62,000 nt of DNA, from positions 32,922,001-32,984,000 of the forward strand of contig NC_092704.1 of assembly GCF_964275005.1 (NCBI RefSeq), written 5' to 3'. The notes beneath the pieces are model-generated. The model was not told the origin of the DNA. It searched no databases and saw nothing but the letters and a program-made list of their open reading frames with translations. Both the position numbers and the translations under genes were made by a program. The DNA is from Diadema setosum (taxonomy: Eukaryota). Shown in pieces: positions 59,833-62,000 of the stretch. The number at the start of each line of letters is the position of its first letter. Within the stretch, counting starts at the first letter, position 1.

Positions 59833-62000
59833 TTAGTAAACTGTTAAGTTTTCTTTAAATGGTATCCAAATTTTAACGCTTTGGTTGTTTATACGAAACA
59901 CTGGGTAGTCTGATCTGTTATATCCCATGGATGTTGGGAAGTCATAATACAGAATTATATCACTTACAGTGTGTAATCTTGAAAATTTTCACATTTCAGC
60001 ATCTGTCTGAGAAATCCATGACAGATTTTTACCAAAGTGACCAGTAGCATCCTAATAGGGTACTAGAATCGTAATAGAATCTTCATAGCACTACCTTCAC
60101 ACCATCTTCTTTGGTTTTAAAGAAGAAAAACACCCATAGTTTAAGGACTTTGACTCTTCAACTTCCCCCTCCCCAAGGGGTGGGAGTGGGGTGAGGTACT
60201 CATTTAAATAATTGAGATCATAACGTCTTTAGGATGTTATATGTCAACTTCAGTAAATATAAGTTGTGTGGTTTTCAAGAAAATAAAAACGGTAGAAGTT
60301 CATGCGCTGTTTTTGATACGGATCGAGTTTTTATTATTGGCACGTAATGAAGTTGAGATAATTGATTTGTACATTCCCGTCAAAATAAAACGTTTATGCA
60401 TTTTTCGATGAGACGCTTGTACATTTGTGTGAAAAAAGGGAAAAAATGACTCCACATGACCTTTGGCAATGTCAATGCATTTAAATGCACATAATATAAT
60501 TAAGGTTTCAAAGTACGACTTTTTTCTTCATATTATGCCCCCTAGCAGAGGAGACGCATAACAAACTGTAATTTTTCGGCATTGACGTCATTCTATTGTT
60601 GCCTGTGCAGAGTGTTGCTGGGGTTTCCCATTCCCTTACGTATATTTCATCGCAACGTTTTTATTTATTACAGTTACTGCAGCAACAACTTACACACTCA
60701 AAACCGAATGTTTCTTGGTTTCTGCTTTAGTAACTTCATCTATGACAACTTGCAATGTTTCCAAACCTTTACGAAACCTTCATGAAACGGCCTGTTGTAT
60801 ATTTGGTGGGCATAGAAATCTACAGGTTGCCCCCCAAAACAAAACAAAACAAAGCAAAACAAAACAAAACAAAACAAAAACAAAATAAAACAACAACAAC
60901 AGCAAACAAACAAAAAAACATTAGCCTTTTTTCGCATCATTAACTTTCCAAATGAATAAACAATGTAAATCCTATTTCAGGACACGAAACTAAAAATTGT
61001 TGCCTACATTTTGCAGAAATCCCCGTTCAGTTTGGTCCATGTGGTCATGCATAAAAAGTTGATCTTTTTTAATGCATGTCATGGGTCCATTTCTCCCAAC
61101 TTTAGCACTTGGATGCTTACTGGCATTCGTTACATAAATGAACACACTTTGCTCACAACTGACAGGGTAACGAACATAATGAATTTATTTTTTTTTTTTT
61201 TGCATAACATTTCATCAATATTTGAATAAACAAACTTATGTACATATTGCTGTCATCTTCTCGATGAAAATAAAAGACAGAGAGGAAAAAGAAAACAAAA
61301 CAAAAAACAGAAAACAGAAAACCAAGCAGGAAGAATACCTCAATTCAGTCCCCTATGAGTTAAAGATTTCATATTTGTCTGTGATCATTAATTTACTTTT
61401 ACACCTAAGTATTTTTTTTTTTTTTTTGGGGGGGGGGGGGGCAAGACTAAGACATCTGCATCCTTTTTTTATGTAATTCATTTTTCTTTTCCTTATTTGA
61501 TAATAAAAAGGAGCAAGCACTTATGTCCATTTTTTCAAAAGGGATTTTTGTGAGAGAACACGAAGAACAACTTGGTATTTGTAAGTCGTAAACACAAAGT
61601 AACGAACGACGCGTCTTCTTACAACACTTGAGGGAAGGGATTTCTGACATGATTTTAACAAAGATTCCAATTTCTCTGTGACTGAGGTTTCATACAGGAT
61701 ATATATTATAAGTTATAGTTTCAAACCCTAAAATTGAGTTTTTATTTATTTACTACTTTCAAGATTTACGTTGCAGAAAGTCCAATTTTTTTTTTTTTTT
61801 TTTGGTGGTGGTGGTGGACAAATACTGTACTGTGCAGCCAATCAACGCTGTATTATCGATAGGTAGATAGATAGATAGCTAAATGTATGATAGTTGGACA
61901 ACTAAAGAAATAAATGAATAGATTAATGGGTAAAATACAAATGACTATAAAGAAATACGATTAGAAAATCTGTACTGGTATTAGTTTACAACATCAAGGA

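Noticed and set aside
59456..62000. Searched for upstream exons of gene B (donor-like sites near 59965, 60638, 61118, 61621)
   Set aside because: Candidates have stops, the wrong phase or do not supply the Asp codon; the 5' exons probably lie outside the window

Overview
Eukaryotic, AT-rich, repeat-dense animal genomic DNA; the repeat types and gene content suggest a marine invertebrate such as a sea urchin (inference). The window holds two co-oriented, multi-exon, minus-strand genes for extracellular HYR/sushi(CCP) mosaic proteins, reconstructed by hand from GT-AG sites and reading phase. Gene B has 27 in-window exons (59455->35582; its 5' end lies beyond the right edge). It encodes about 1780 aa: HYR-CCPx5-HYR-CCPx3-HYR-CCPx3-HYR-CCPx2-HYRx2-CCP, then a linker with an RRRR furin-type site, three ephrin-receptor-like (GCC2/3) Cys repeats and a stop. 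This is SVEP1-like but lacks the EGF/pentraxin/C-terminal sushi part and any TM helix. Gene A starts in the window (signal-peptide exon 13239-13170, a 45-nt basic/poly-Pro exon, a split HYR, a CCP) and runs off the left edge; a candidate promoter near 18.9-19.2 kb carries two NF-kB-type sites and a CRE-like site. The rest is mostly transposon relics: a dead CR1-group LINE split by two DNA-transposon insertions, Sola1-like (AWWT), piggyBac-like and Kolobok-like (TTAA), CACTA-like, PIF/Harbinger-like, hAT-like and pogo-like non-autonomous elements, two Helentron-type (HINE) elements (one keeps a Pif1-helicase coding relic), a ~1.3 kb tandem duplication and microsatellites. No rRNA, tRNA or CRISPR array is seen. 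TE superfamily calls rest on termini and target-site duplications only, not on database searches.
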